Origin: Antedon mediterranea
Taxonomy: Eukaryota; Animalia; Echinodermata
Assembly (NCBI RefSeq): GCF_964355755.1
Contig: NC_092674.1
Coordinates: 11,532,001-11,596,000 of the forward strand
Direction of reading: 5' to 3'
Length of the DNA stretch: 64,000 nt
Positions 12,701-25,859 of the stretch are shown here, one piece after another (position 1 is the stretch's first letter; each line of letters starts with the position of its first letter). Both the position numbers and the translations under genes were made by a program. Under the pieces are notes generated by a model. It searched no databases. It saw only the letters and a program-made list of their open reading frames with translations, and was not told the DNA's origin.

Positions 12701-15700
12701 TTTATTTATTCTCCAGTACGAAGTCTATACATATAGTATAATCATATTAAGTGGGTACTTCCAAAATATTAGTTTTAGAACTACGGCCGACCAACCTCTA
12801 TTCAGGGTACCCTTATTAAAAGAGGCTTTGTTTGGTGACAAAGGTATTCTCTAGATTAGTAGTTCTTATATTTATCAAATAAATTATAATAATAATAATT
12901 TTAATGTACTTTCCCATCAACCATACATATCTCTTAAATAATTATATGTGATGTTAATTGTTTTTTTTAAATCTTTTGTGGTAGCCACCACCTTTATTCA
13001 TCATTCAATCTTTCATAAATGTATTACAATTGTTGTATATACTCTCATTTCATAATCATATATAATACATTTCTATTAATATTTTGTGATGTTAATTGTA
13101 ATAGAATTATCTTATTGATTATGTGTGGAAATAAAAAAACAAAACAAAACCAACCTTCGTTCTGCCTGTTATTGTAAGATATCCATCTTGATTAAGGTTC
13201 CCAATATCACTGCAATTATGAATTTATAATGTAAAAAATATTTATTGTTAAAAAATAATATATAAAAAAACTTTCGAATATGTATTATAATATTTACCCC
13301 ATTCTAAACAATCCATCAGAGGTCATAGCTTCGTTTGTTTTTCTTTCATCAAAATAACCCTCAAATGCAATGTCGGTTTTTACCAATACTTCTCCCTCTT
13401 CCCCAAGCTTTACTGGATGTCCACTTTCATTTACAATCCTTATCTGAAATAGAACATGTTCCACAATGGGTAACATCAAACTGCATTATGAGTTATTTCA
13501 ATTAAACTTGGTGATTATAACAGATCTTTAACAGAAACATATGTTTTGTTTCTCTTTGTATGATAAATGTTATGATAGTTGTGTAATTACATATTATATT
13601 TGGTATATTTAGAATAGACCAATGTTCTTACTGCACTCTTCATCTTGAAACTCTCACTGTAAAAACCTACAAGCTAGAACCAAATGCCTTCATCCTTTTG
13701 CTATTCATGAATTCCTGCGAATTTGGCGAACCTTTCGTACTTCTCTAATGTGTGAATTGTTATGTTTACTTGTGTTTTTAATTGCTTATGTCATCTGGGA
13801 TTATAAGGGTCATTGTCGTTTGTTTTTGTCTCTTTTTTTGTATTGTTTATCTATATGTTTTTGTAATGATGCTATTAAGCAATAAAAGAGAGAAAATGTC
13901 ATTGTTATCTGGTTCCGTACTAAAAGTACAGTGAACGCCCCTTTTCTTTCGTTGCATTCTTCAATTTCGCACTTTGTCAAACATTCTCTCACTTTCCATT
14001 ATTTTAAAATTCATATAGAAACTTACTTCTTCAGCACAATTTAAGATACAATGCGCATCTTATCTTACATGTTTACCTTGTTGTTTCCTATGGGTTTACC
14101 TTGTTGTTTCCTATGGGTTTACCGACTGTTGTGCATGATTTGTGACCTTCTTGGACAAAAACGTCAAATATTTCTGTCGATCCATATGTTATCTAATTAC
14201 AAACGTTATTATTTCATATTAATAATTATTTCATATAAATAATATATATGTTATATACATATTCAAAGCTAGAGAAGAAATTATTTACTGACCGAAAATA
14301 CTCACCATTATATCAACTTTTAATTTCTTTGATAGAAGAATAGCAACTGATGGTGGAATCGGCGATCCTGTAATAAAACCTGTAACAAATTAAAATCGTT
14401 ATTGTATCAGTTATTACATTATAGATACGGTATACTGGTTACAATCATTCATTTTAATGTAGCAGATAATATAAGTTTCTTTAGGCCTATAATAATTCTA
14501 AATTCATGAAAAATGGTAGAAGCAATAGAAATTTCTCAATTTAAGTTTAAGAAATGAAAATGTGATGTTCTTTACTGAATTTAAAATTATATAAATTTAG
14601 TATATATTATAATTCATTAACACATCACAAACATAGGCAAATATATTCAAACTATATTCTAACACCCTTCCTTCTTCCTTTAGGCCACATGAGTTGTAAG
14701 TGGCTTCCTGATTATGATGGTATCTGTAAAATGTGTAAGAATAGTCTAGAAGACATTGAACATTTTCTATTCACATGTAACCAACTCAATGGAATAAGGA
14801 TTAAAGAATATACCAAATTAGAATATATGTTAATCGATATCAATCATTTAGATGTATGGGAAGATTTTATCTCTGGTGACATGAACACCAAAATCTTGTA
14901 TTAGGTGGAACTGATAACTACTATTATTATATGCATGACGTCGATTGTATATCAAATGTCTTTGATCGTTACTGTAAGGACTATGTTAAAAGAGCATGGG
15001 CACACAGATGTATTGTTCTAGGCGAGTAATGTTCATGTCAATCAAACTAAATGATTGATATCTCATCTCATTATAGTGTTAGGTCTACATTGTTGTTGCC
15101 CAATTCATTTTATATTGTACAGCTCCTTACCTATTCTATATGTTGATTTCTTGTTATTTTGTATTCTTAGGTGTCAGTGGGTTTCCTGCTGCTGTTGTGA
15201 TTATTATCAATGGTATTGTACAGTAGTTACTGTAGTTGAATTGTTTTGACATGTTGACCTACATCAACTTTTTATTGTAATTGTTGTTTTCTATGTATAT
15301 TTCTTTTGGATGCACCTTCCATTTGGTCGAGTGCCACTGTTGTAAAAGTGCAATCTCCAAATAAATTATTATTATTATTGTCAAGATCCATATTTGAGGT
15401 TGATTAAGGGTCGGATCTTTTGTGGTTTTAATAGTGGATTTACAACAGATGGTCACTTCAAAACTCATCAATTGCTGATATCAAAGTACTTTTTCAAAAT
15501 GTGTTTAGTATAGAGTATCTACCTGCTTTTAGAGACGACAAATCATAAAGATTTAGTGTTGGGTCATAAACCAATTGAATCAACCAATGGAACATTAGCA
15601 TAAAATGAGTAACCCTGGAAGACAAATACACTTCTTAAATCATGCAACTGTTATTATAAGAAAAAAACAATTTTTTATACGAATCAAACTCGGCTCAGTT

Positions 15701-17125
15701 TCCGCCAATCTTTCAACTCATAATATGTGCTTTTATTTCGATTCCTGTTGAATCAAATCAATATTTATTTCCTGTCAAAGATACATTAAAAATAATAGAA
15801 GCAATAAAAATCTCTTAATATAAGGTTTAAAAATGAAAGGAAGAGTCATCAAAAATATAATCTGTATTCTACAGGTCATCTTTTCTTGTCGCATTACAGG
15901 CCTGTTGCATGCATATAAATCTGGTAACTGATTAGTACTGTACCATTGCATATTACTTTAAAGATGTATTGTTCTCTCAAAAACATGAAAAATGAAGATT
16001 AATAGAATCAGACTTTAAATAGGCCAATTTGTAGTTGTAATAAAGTTAATCACTTTCAAAGGAAAAACAAAAGAGAACAAAATATAAATTAAATATTTTC
16101 ACTTATAAAATGACAAAATAAACAGTTAGATTCAACTGAAATTTACATTTTCGGGTAGATATTTTTTTTCCGAACTAACTTTTGTAAATAACTAATATGT
16201 GACATTAAAATGGCAAAAACATTAAAAAATATTTAGGAGGACAATATCCTTAACCGTCGTTTGGACGATTAAGCGTCAGTATTGAAAATAATATGATAAT
16301 TTAATAAACAAAGGAAAAACCTTTGTTAATCCTTTGATTTCTGTGGCCGGACTGAAAACATTGAATAATCTTCCGAATGGCTTTACAAATGTTTTATAAT
16401 AAGTCAATTGAAGATTGTTTTTTATTATTGTTTTTATTTTATTATTGTTATTACTGATGTATAGCGCCGCTGATAAATAATCATAGAAACAAAGGTGCGT
16501 TATAAGATTTAAAAAGGAGCAAGAGAAGTAAATCTACAAAAGTGCCGTATGCCTAATTACAATTCACAATCATGTTACCGTTCATCTTTGATAGTTTGTA
16601 AGAATTTCTGACAATCAAAGGCAGCTGCATTAGGGTATATACACGTTGAACCAATAAGAAGTGGACACACCTGCGTTTGTACAGTGCCATCTACAAATGC
16701 CATACTGCCACAACACACTAGTTTGGTTACCTTCAATGAATTATAGGACAGTTTTACATTTTATAATATTAGTAGCTTGACTAATTAATATTATTAAAAT
16801 TTTAGTATTATTATTAACATCATGCATGTTTCTCTTAATCAGATCGTGTGCGTTTGACTCTATTCGTAGAGCAAATAAAGTGCTTTAGATTACTGAATGA
16901 ATCTTATTCTTTCAAGGCTTAAATTTGTATTCATACCTTACAATAATATGTTAACACATAAACACATTTCAAACTTTCATTAATGTTATATCATTTATTT
17001 ACAGTATCAGTAATTATTACCTGACTTTCATTACATAATTGGAATAGGCCATAGGCGGGGTTCAACATTCGAAAATGTGAATTTTTTACCAGCTTTGGTG
17101 GTCCGGTTGAGCCCTGAAATAAAAT

Positions 17126-17203
<78 letters not shown>

Positions 17204-17299
17204 TTCTCACAGATTTCCTCATCTTTATCGTTTCAAATTAATTAATTAAATTTCAGTATATCACCGGGCGGTTTAGAATTAATGTTCTTTGCCTATTGT

Positions 17300-17379
<80 letters not shown>

Positions 17380-20300
17380 CCAAAGGCAAATTACTGAAAA
17401 AAATGACAATGCTGTGGGTATCAGTGGCTGGATCTCAATGGAGATACAGAATAAAAGCGAAAAGCTAAATCAAAACGAGAAGTAAAACAGCCAGACAAGT
17501 TAGCAGAGCTAATATATATATTTTTTTGAAAACGGGTACTGGAACTTGTACATTAATTGGTGCGTTGAAATACAAAAGTTTGTTACCTTCAGTTTTTAAT
17601 TTAGTAGGAATGTTAAGAGATATCATACTTTGGAAATAGTACAAAACGATGTCATCAATACACAGCAAATGTCATCAATAGTGACCCTTTTGGCAGCTTG
17701 CCTAACTGTGTCTTCATAACCAGCAAGATACAAGTCTTCTAACTTGGTTGTACCACTGTAATTCAAATATACTAATTCATTCCATTTGATCTTAAATCCA
17801 ATGTCGTCTATAACTTTAATTGTGTGGGCTGTGACGCCTCTTACATCGGGGAAACTTCCCGATATCTAAAGACACGGATTCAAGAACATATGGGTAGGGA
17901 TAAAAATTCACATTACCAATAATAAGAATTATCTAGATCAGTGCAGTAAAGAAAATTTCAAAATTATCGGCACAGCTACCAATAGTTACAAATTAAAAAT
18001 AAAAGAAGCCCTACATATAAAATGGAATAACCCATTTATAAACAAACAAATAACTTGTTACAACACCAATCTGAATATTTAAATACTCACCTGTATAAAT
18101 GTATAACCTACGTCTAAGAAGGTATTTATTTCATTGCACTGAGGAATTGTTTGGCGTAACAACGAAACATGTATGCACAAATGTTTTTTGTCAAACTGTT
18201 TATTTCAATTTTGTTATGCTGTCGGAAGTTCGGCAACATTGTTCACGACACTTTTGTCAATCAAGGACTTACGGAAGATGGAAAAGTTCTCGAAAAAAAT
18301 TGTAAAAGCAGAGGCTGATTAAAGTACTTACAAACATTCGGCGTATTTCCAAAATGTAAAATACTAATATAATGACCCAATATAAAATTTATATATTTAA
18401 TAAAAATATTAAATAAAAGAGCCCATTAGAGGCGGTACTGTTTGTATACTGCAGTTGGGTCATTGCTAAAACATTTCATTTTTATATTTGAGGAACATTT
18501 TATCATGATCATTTTCTATAAATATCTGATCTATTTAAATGCCATACCTTTTATGATTGATGCCTGTAGCTACGATATACCTCAAGTCCGGAAAGCTTAA
18601 ATAAAAAAGATTGCTGTATTACCCTGCAGTTGCTATTAATTGTTATGATTTATAATCATAATTAAAGGCATAAATACAGTTTACTGAAGAAATAGGAATC
18701 ACAATCACGATTGCAAAAATAATGATGATACTAATCTGCTGTAGATAAATTAAGATAATTACACTTTATGATAATTAATTAAGGAAATTCCATCATATAT
18801 GTACGTGATTGTTACCTCACATTTCCAACTGATTGTTTATCTGGATTATATTGATTAATCCACAGATTCAAGTTAGTACCCATTACAGAGTGTTCAGTAT
18901 GCTTCCTAAATTCCCAGTATTAAAGATGTTTCCTAAACATATTTTAGTTACTGTATATTTCCTAGTGTATTAGACAATTACTTCCATTCATCAGTAACAA
19001 AAAAAAACATAATAATAAACAATCATAATGATCAGATGTTTTCTCTACTCTGACGTTTGTAGGCCTATGTACTTTAGGAATAATTCAAGTCAATGTAGAA
19101 GCCAAGTTATAGATAGTTGACGTTTATATCGGTTTTAATACAAAGATTTTTGTTCGGTGAACGAATATGTTTTAATGCATTCACATATAATATATTAATT
19201 AGGCCTATGGTAAAATATGGTAATTTCGGAATTACTATGAAATCATCTATTTTTGGCAAACCTTCTTTAGGGACATATTGTTAAATAAAAATAATAAAAA
19301 ATATAAATAATTAAAAAAAAATCATAAAATATAAGTATTTACTTATTAGACATTATGCTACCAGAAGTGCTAGAGCTCAACTCTGGAATCAGTTTACAAA
19401 TGTCTGTATACAGGTTTTCTGGACTTCGAGTGAGGAATAAAGCCTTACATGATGTCTGAATGAAAAGAAATTAAATAAATGTTATGTCTCTAATCTCCTA
19501 TTAAATGTAAAAGAATAAAAAGCTCCGAACTGAAACTAAATGAATATTCTCTCTTACCCTCTTATAGCTAGCTGAACAATTTTACCATTTTTAAAAATGT
19601 ACAAGTAAAAATCAATTCAACTTTTTAATTGAAAGAAATAGCACAAACTTACACATCGTACATGATTCAAACTTTGGTGAATTTTCCCACTTACAAAGAG
19701 TGAACTGAGCATTACAACTAGCTTTCATCAGTATCATATAGGACATTTCCGTGAAAAATAGTATATCATAAGCAACCAATTCCTAACTTAATCTTATATA
19801 AAGTTATTCATATTTGTCCTCAAGCTTAACTGGAAACTAAGGAAATTCGGATTAGGCCCTCCAGCAGTGCAACGCCTACCAGATCAGCACACCGGGTGAC
19901 GATCCCCTACTCTTTTCGAATAGTGTACCAAGTTCGGCTTTAAATCCCATCCATCCGAAGGATGGGGCTTGAGAGTAAAGCACCTTGCCTAAGGATGCAA
20001 TTAGTATGGTACAGATAACCTCGAACCAATGCCTATCACATGCTAGTCCGATATTACCATTACAGTGGGACAGCCAGTCGACAAATCGTGTCAAATTTCG
20101 ACTCGGAGAGGGCGCCCTACTTTTCTAATTTAGTTGAAAATTGCTAAATTTTAGGGTGTTGGAAAAACACAATATTTGTAAATTTAGCTGATTATCGGAA
20201 AAATATTGTTAGTGAAATAAATTCATAAATGGTTTTAATATATTGTCATGTAAAATTAAATGTATTTGAACAAAACGATAATCTGTAATTTAACGGCAAA

Positions 20301-23300
20301 ATCAACCAATGTCTTTTTTCCGAAATTGTACCCTAGAAAATTATTAAAATAAAATGTTTAGAAAAATTGAACAGTCCTGAATTTAAAATCCCTGTTAGAA
20401 AAATTAATAATCTACAAAATACGATATTAAGATACAAAATTCGGTGGTTGGGATGCAGCTCCGACTATTCAAACTAAAGGTACCACTATTTGTTCCATCG
20501 AAAACTAGCGAAACCGCCATTTTGTAAACTCATCGTCATCGTGTTTATGAATTTATTTATAGCGAACGATATACGCGATGATTATAATTGTCCGCGTATA
20601 AGAATTCATATAAATAAATACATTCCAATACAACGTATATTATTACTTGTTTATTTATCACAGTATACATTTTAGTTGAGGAATATTTATCATAACTATT
20701 ATAATAGCTTTTATACGAGTCCGAGGCCTAGCCCTATTAGCGAGCGATTGTTCCAGGGGCGGAAAGTCACTTAGTGACGTTGTGATCGGGCGCGTCGGGC
20801 CTAGCTAATATTAATAATATGACCTGAAATAAGCGGCTAACAAGAACTGTTATATACTTGCTTACAATTGTTTTGCTATTGATGAACAAACAAGCAATTA
20901 GATTGAATTTTTTTTTTTTTGGGTAAAAAAACATGTACAAACTAGTACTGTATAATATAAATTAATACATTGTAGTATAAATATTAAACTAATACAGTAT
21001 TAATAATAATAAAATATAAAATAGGCCTAACATACAATAAATATTCAATTTTTAAGGTCTACCACATGACGACAACATAATTTACAGAGTATAGTGTAGT
21101 AGGTTTGCATTCAACATAAATATTTGTATTGTAATATTCATCTAAATCCTCTGCAACATACATTTTTGTAATTCAACATTTTGTTTTAAATAATTAAATT
21201 ATAGTTTGGGTATGACAATGTCGGTAGGTACCGGTGTCATCTTTTTATCCACTTCACTCTCAGTTTGAAGTCACAAAGAAAAAGAACTCTGCATCATCAA
21301 CGATTCCTGAAAGTGTCAGAAAAAATAATAAATATTATTTTAAAAAATGTTAATGTCTGGTTGTATATATAATTATAATATTATATGATGACATAAAACT
21401 AAGGCAAATGGAAGCTGTATTTTATTAATTAAATTACAGTATTTACTATTATTATTTATAATCTAGGCCTAGGCCTACTAGTAGCCTAGCTAGGCATCTA
21501 TTGAGCCTAATAAATCAAATAATATATTAATACTGATTGAAAAAAAGTATTTTTTTTGGGGGGGGGGGGATCAGATCACCAGGCTAGGCCGGCCAGGACC
21601 AATGATACTCGTAATCAGTACAACTTAACGACTATCGGATCAGCATCAACACAGTACAACACACGTCTCGCTATCGCCTATACTGACACACGTGTCTCGC
21701 GTTGCCGAAACCACGCTCACAGCTAGAAAATGTACCTACCTTTCGAGGCCTGAGAATACACCAACAAATTTTGAACAGGATAGAAATATATCATACTCGA
21801 TTAAACTAATATTATTCTTGATAAAACAATTGATTATAATTGTTTTAATTTGTTGGGATGCACCTCCGACTATTCAGAAAATGGACAACAAAACAGTAGT
21901 CAAATCGTACCACATTTATAAATTTCACAAGTCCCGACTTCAGTCGTCGAATGTATTGTATTAGCTTCGGTTTCTTTGAAAGAAACCGATTGGTTATTCA
22001 ATTATACTTATTAGGAAATGCTTTTACCATAATAGGTAATGTTGGGCGGTTCTTAAATATTCATGAGAGCTTAAAATAAAACAGCACTTATTTGCTAGGC
22101 GACGAAAAATCGTGGTTTCAGTTTTCAACGATAGGTGGCGCTTCAAAATCGTCAATGCGGAAGTAAGTCGATTTTACACGATTTAACGGTCAAAACGCGA
22201 AGTGGCTTTCCCACTGATTACACCATCACTCTCCAGTATATACAGCACCCGTCGCGATTTCTAGACGGTCTCCCATCCAGAACGCAACCAGGCCCAACGT
22301 TGCTTAACTTCGGTGATCTGACGAGAACCAGTGTTTCAACGCAGTATATTACTGAATTTTCCATTGATAATGGGCAAATATGGTCGTACGTGGAGATAGA
22401 GTACTGAGAGACAAATTATTTTGGATTGGAACAGTTTCACTACGTTGAAAATTCAAAATCCACGCAAGAATTCTTTCTTATTTTAATTTTATTATAAAAC
22501 ATTTTGTATTCACCTTTCGCAAAATGTCTCCTATTGAGTGCATGGGATAACCTACTTGCAAAAAAACCTGTCAAAGAAAGATAAACATGAATTTATTTTG
22601 TCTAAATTGAAATATATTAATGGATATAATTGTAAGACAAGACAAGATGTTAATGTTCTGAACAAGAACTATTACCGGTTATTTTGATCATGTTTGTTTT
22701 GAAGATTTTTTAAATAATATATTCAAACACGACATAATGCTTATAGCCTACAGTAATCTAACTTACTGTTGTTAATCCAATTGCCCGTGCTGCACCAGCG
22801 ATCAGCGGCAATTCCATGTGATTATACCCAATAATAGCTATGTAATCGCCTTTACTAAGACCAATATCCAGTAGACCAGACGCTAATTCCTCTACCTAAA
22901 AGCAACGATTCTAAAAGTATTCATGATGTTTAGGTTCAGACTGTAGATTTTTTATTTATTTTGTTTATTTTATTTCTTCATCACCCTACAGTGACCAAAC
23001 GTCACCATTAACAGGGTTGAAAGTCGTAAAATATAACATATTATATACAAGCAAAAATCAACAGATAACAAGACAACATTTAAATATTACTGACATTAGA
23101 CAAAACATTGTGACGGAAACAAGCAAGGGAATCAAAAAAAATATCAACAGATCCATAAATTTTACATAGTGAGTGGTATAACTTAGGAAAACGATTAACA
23201 AAACAATTTTTAGTAATATTTACCCTCTCTCTTGATATAGAAAATAAAGCAGGATTACGAATAGATATAGATAGGAATTAAAAAATCATATTTAAAATGG

Positions 23301-24475
23301 TTAAACGTAGGCTACCCAAAATGTATAACAGAAATCATTACGAACAAGGCCATATAGATGGCTGCAGTCGCGTGCTTAGTGTTTACCGACCAACTGACCA
23401 ACCTACCAACTGACCGAAATTACTGAACATGTTATAAAATGTTGAAATGTTTAAAAACAGTTATATTTTTTTAATTTACACGTGCGTAGCCTGTCACTTT
23501 TGACGTGCTCGTATATCATAATTTCGAGTGGAAAAGTAAGTCAAGAAAACAGAAATCGGGTAAAAAGAGTGCGCAATAACATTTAACGCGCAGTACGCGC
23601 GCAAACATCTGCGCACTCATGGGAATTTTGTAAACGCTTAAAATTGCCTGAAACGTACTCTTATTTCATCAAAAATAAATTTTGAAAATTTTAAGCGCGC
23701 GTACGCATGCGTTACATGCGCTACGCACGTAGTTGTATTGACATATGATGATTTATGCCCTGAAATTTATGAATACCAAATTTTATTTAATTGTGATTCA
23801 TGGTTGTGAAGATATGATTACAAACGTGATTTCGTTCAATCGTGCGTAGACCGCGTAATTTTTTATTGCGCACCGTGAAAACATAACCACATCGATTCCT
23901 GGCCATAAGGAATATACTGTGAAAAATTGACTTAGCTAGATTAAACTGATATCAAGATAAGGTCAGAAAGCGATAAAACGCATAGTGATACCGGACCGAC
24001 AGACAGACCGACAGACCGACAGACCGACAGACCGACCGACCGACCGACATAGTGAACTATAGAGTCGCTTCCACGCGACTAAAATACATGAATCACAGAA
24101 CTTAGCAAAATCCTTCTACAGCGTTCCGTTGAGCTATCTATCTAGCTTTATCTATTCTCTTCAGATCTAGTGGCTCATAAGATTGTAGTGAACTATTTCC
24201 ACTGGTAATTTACCCTTTGATGCAAATCATACAAATTAAATCTCTCACCACTAAATGAATTAAAAAAAACATCTTTCGACTTGACTAGTTGCATCTATCT
24301 CTATCTATATTTTTTCTTTTTTTAGATAAGTTTATACCTTTCGATGGAAATCCAAAAAATTCAATCTCTCATTATCACTAACAAACACATGTATTTCTCT
24401 GTCAGGATGCATTTTAACCCGTTCTTCCAGCAACTCATGCATAGTAAGTCTGATAGCATTAGAGGTTTCCATCAT
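9735..24475 (-). CDS. ACSF2: ACSF2-like medium-chain acyl-CoA synthetase / AMP-binding enzyme, paralog B; 18 coding exons, ~544 aa; one splice donor is non-canonical (possible pseudogene allele)
   Basis: Exons: 24475-24338, 22895-22767, 22567-22514, 19455-19343, 18595-18548, 17755-17647, 17113-17021, 16730-16579, 15614-15523, 14379-14306, 14192-14100, 13443-13298, 13209-13155, 12312-12226, 11820-11768, 11512-11455, 10001-9933, 9806-9735. All phases are consistent. Motifs: LMTSGSTGPPK (P-loop), YDLSSL, YGSTE, GEEGEVLVK, FRMGDIG, ITGRTKDVIIR, YGEDVCACV and FPKGFTGKIDR (catalytic Lys). The symbol denotes family similarity, not proven orthology. Confidence 0.88.
10265..10330 (-). mobile_element. 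tRNA-derived SINE head fragment
   Basis: The reverse complement has A-box-like (GTGGCTTGGTGGTTATGGT) and B-box-like (GGTTCAAGACC) motifs but no complete cloverleaf. Confidence 0.5.
12429..12631. mobile_element. PIF/Harbinger-type MITE
   Basis: ~35-bp TIRs AGCCTGTTT(T)CCTGTCGACGTTATTCGACGCTATCGT, flanked by a TTA TSD on both sides. Confidence 0.85.
14630..15375 (+). mobile_element. 3' fragment of a LINE (CCHC zinc-knuckle C-terminus plus 3' UTR/tail)
   Basis: CKMCKNSLEDIEHFLFTCNQLNGIR motif; ends in AATAAA followed by a (TTA)n tail. Confidence 0.65.
17129..17376. repeat. Two (TA)n microsatellites (17129-17200, 17304-17376)
   Basis: Pure TA runs. They explain the spurious IYIYIY ORF. Confidence 0.95.
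17770..18210 (+). mobile_element. Penelope-like element 3' end: GIY-YIG endonuclease remnant plus hammerhead-like motif
   Basis: Translation KSNVVYNFNCVGCDASYIGETSRYLKTRIQEH...KLKIKEALHIKWNNPFINKQ. Confidence 0.8.
18135..18177 (+). ncRNA. Minimal hammerhead-ribozyme-like motif
   Basis: TGCA-CTGAGGA-ATTGTT-TGGCGT-AACAAC-GAAA-CATG-TA-TGCA provides core boxes, stem II, a palindromic stem III and stem I. It lies just 3' of a GIY-YIG ORF, as in PLEs. Confidence 0.6.
19835..20075 (-). mobile_element. tRNA-derived SINE with Deu/Nin-like conserved core
   Basis: Minus strand GGTTCGAGG...TTAGGCAAGGTGCTTTAC...CACTATTCGAAAAGAGTAGGGG..CCCGGTGT resembles the DeuSINE/Nin domain as I recall it. Confidence 0.6.
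20090..21950. mobile_element. Probable unclassified non-autonomous DNA transposon remnant
   Basis: Direct repeat GTTGGGATGCA(G/C)CTCCGACTATTCA at ~20448 and ~21852, with a CpG-richer interior. Boundaries are uncertain. Confidence 0.35.
22240..22348 (-). pseudogene. 5S rRNA-derived sequence (pseudogene or SINE3 head)
   Basis: Reverse complement ATACTGCGTTGAAACACTGGTTCTCGTCAGATCACCGAAGTTAAGCAACGTTGGGCCTGGTT..GGATGGGAGACCG..GGTGCTGTA matches the invertebrate 5S consensus. The 5' end is truncated and the 3' part diverged. Confidence 0.8.
23343..24084 (+). mobile_element. Helentron-associated (HINE/DINE-1-like) element
   Basis: Starts AACAAG, has subterminal IR AGTCGCGTG/CACGCGACT, a (GACC/GACA)n microsatellite and the terminal hairpin AGTCGCTTCCACGCGACT-AAAA. 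An internally deleted inverted copy lies at 44092-44196. Confidence 0.75.
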
Positions 24476-24609
24476 AGATTCTAAACAATAGAGTTCATTA
24501 GTGAATTGCCGTATTCTTAATAAGCAAAAAAATAAATATTTCCATGTTCGTTATTTGAGATTTTATATTTCTTATTCATATTATGTTTAATACGTCCTCT
24601 ACTGTTAAT

Positions 24610-25035
24610 CAAGTAAGTTAAGAACGTAACTCAACGTGATTTGACAAATCAGAAGCTAACCAAGTAAGTTAAGAACGTAACTCAACGTGATTTGACAAAT
24701 CAGAAGCTAACCAAGTAAGTTAAGAGCGTAACGCAACGTGATTTGACAAATCAGAAGCTAACCAAGTAAGTTAAGAACGTAACTCAACGTGATTTGACAA
24801 ATCAGAAGCTAACCAAGTAAGTTAAGAGCGTAACGCAACGCGATTTGACAAATCAGAAGCTAACCAAGTAAGTTAAGAACGTAACTCAACGTGATTTGAC
24901 AAATCAGAAGCTAACCAAGTAAGTTAAGAGCGTAACGCAACGTGATTTGACAAATCAGAAGATAACAAAGTAAGTTAAGAACTTAACGCAACGTGATTTG
25001 ACAAATCATAAGCTAACCAAGTAAGTTAAGGACGT
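24610..25035. repeat. 51-bp minisatellite, ~8-9 copies
   Basis: Same unit as 2231-2540. Confidence 0.95.
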
Positions 25036-25859
25036 AATTTGGAAAAATTAGAAGCAATGGATGATTGAACTCACTTGCGTTGCATCTACGTCCTTGTGTT
25101 GTGTATCTAAGGAGAACCAACATTTACACACTGGTATTAGACAGGTTCCATTTCTCAAAAAACGGCCTAGAAAACGAATCAAGAAGCATTTTTGGGTAGA
25201 AGCTGGGATCCACTTGATTTAGGATATTTCGACCTCGCTGATTACGAATATGGCGGATCCCAAGCAAAATTCGGCCATCTAAGCCCTTAATTTGCATAAT
25301 TAAAAATGGCGGCCATTTTTTATAATTACCCTATATCTCGAGAACCACTAGTCACAGATAATTAATTTTGGTCTCAAATTGTTTTAAATATATGTTTTTA
25401 TATTCACTTTAATGACACATTTTCTCAAAAAATGGATGCAAGTCTTATTTCTGACATTTTGACCTTTGACCTTGATTATCGTATCTCAGTAACCAATAAT
25501 CTGAGAGACACGAAATAGGGCTCAAATTGTTCAGAAACTATACATTCATATTTATTATAATGAAATGTTTTTACAAAAAATGGCCGATTCTACAACTATT
25601 GACCTTTGAACTATTAGTCAAATATAATAATATAACTTTGAAAATTGTGGTCTTATGATTTTTTTTTTCTTTTTAAATTGTTTTAAACATGTGTGTTTCT
25701 ATCCAGTCTAATGGCACATTTTGTACAAGAATGGCCGATAGTATGGTTATTGACCTTTAAAATACAGCATAGGCCTACTGTATACTAAATACAGTATAAT
25801 ATAATTGCATAACTATGAAATTATTTATACACAATAATAATTAGTAAAATTATAAAATT

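Noticed and set aside
17031-17222. ORF MRKSVRMNIYIYIY...
   Set aside because: Translation of a (TA)n microsatellite. The true exon (17113-17021) is in another frame.
22240-22348. Functional 5S rRNA gene
   Set aside because: The 5' end is missing, the 3' half is diverged, and it is a single copy without a terminator.
9735-24475. Calling the enzyme a luciferase
   Set aside because: It shares only superfamily-level motifs, has no C-terminal PTS1 (ends PYET), and its sequence features resemble ACSF2. Nothing in the sequence indicates bioluminescence.
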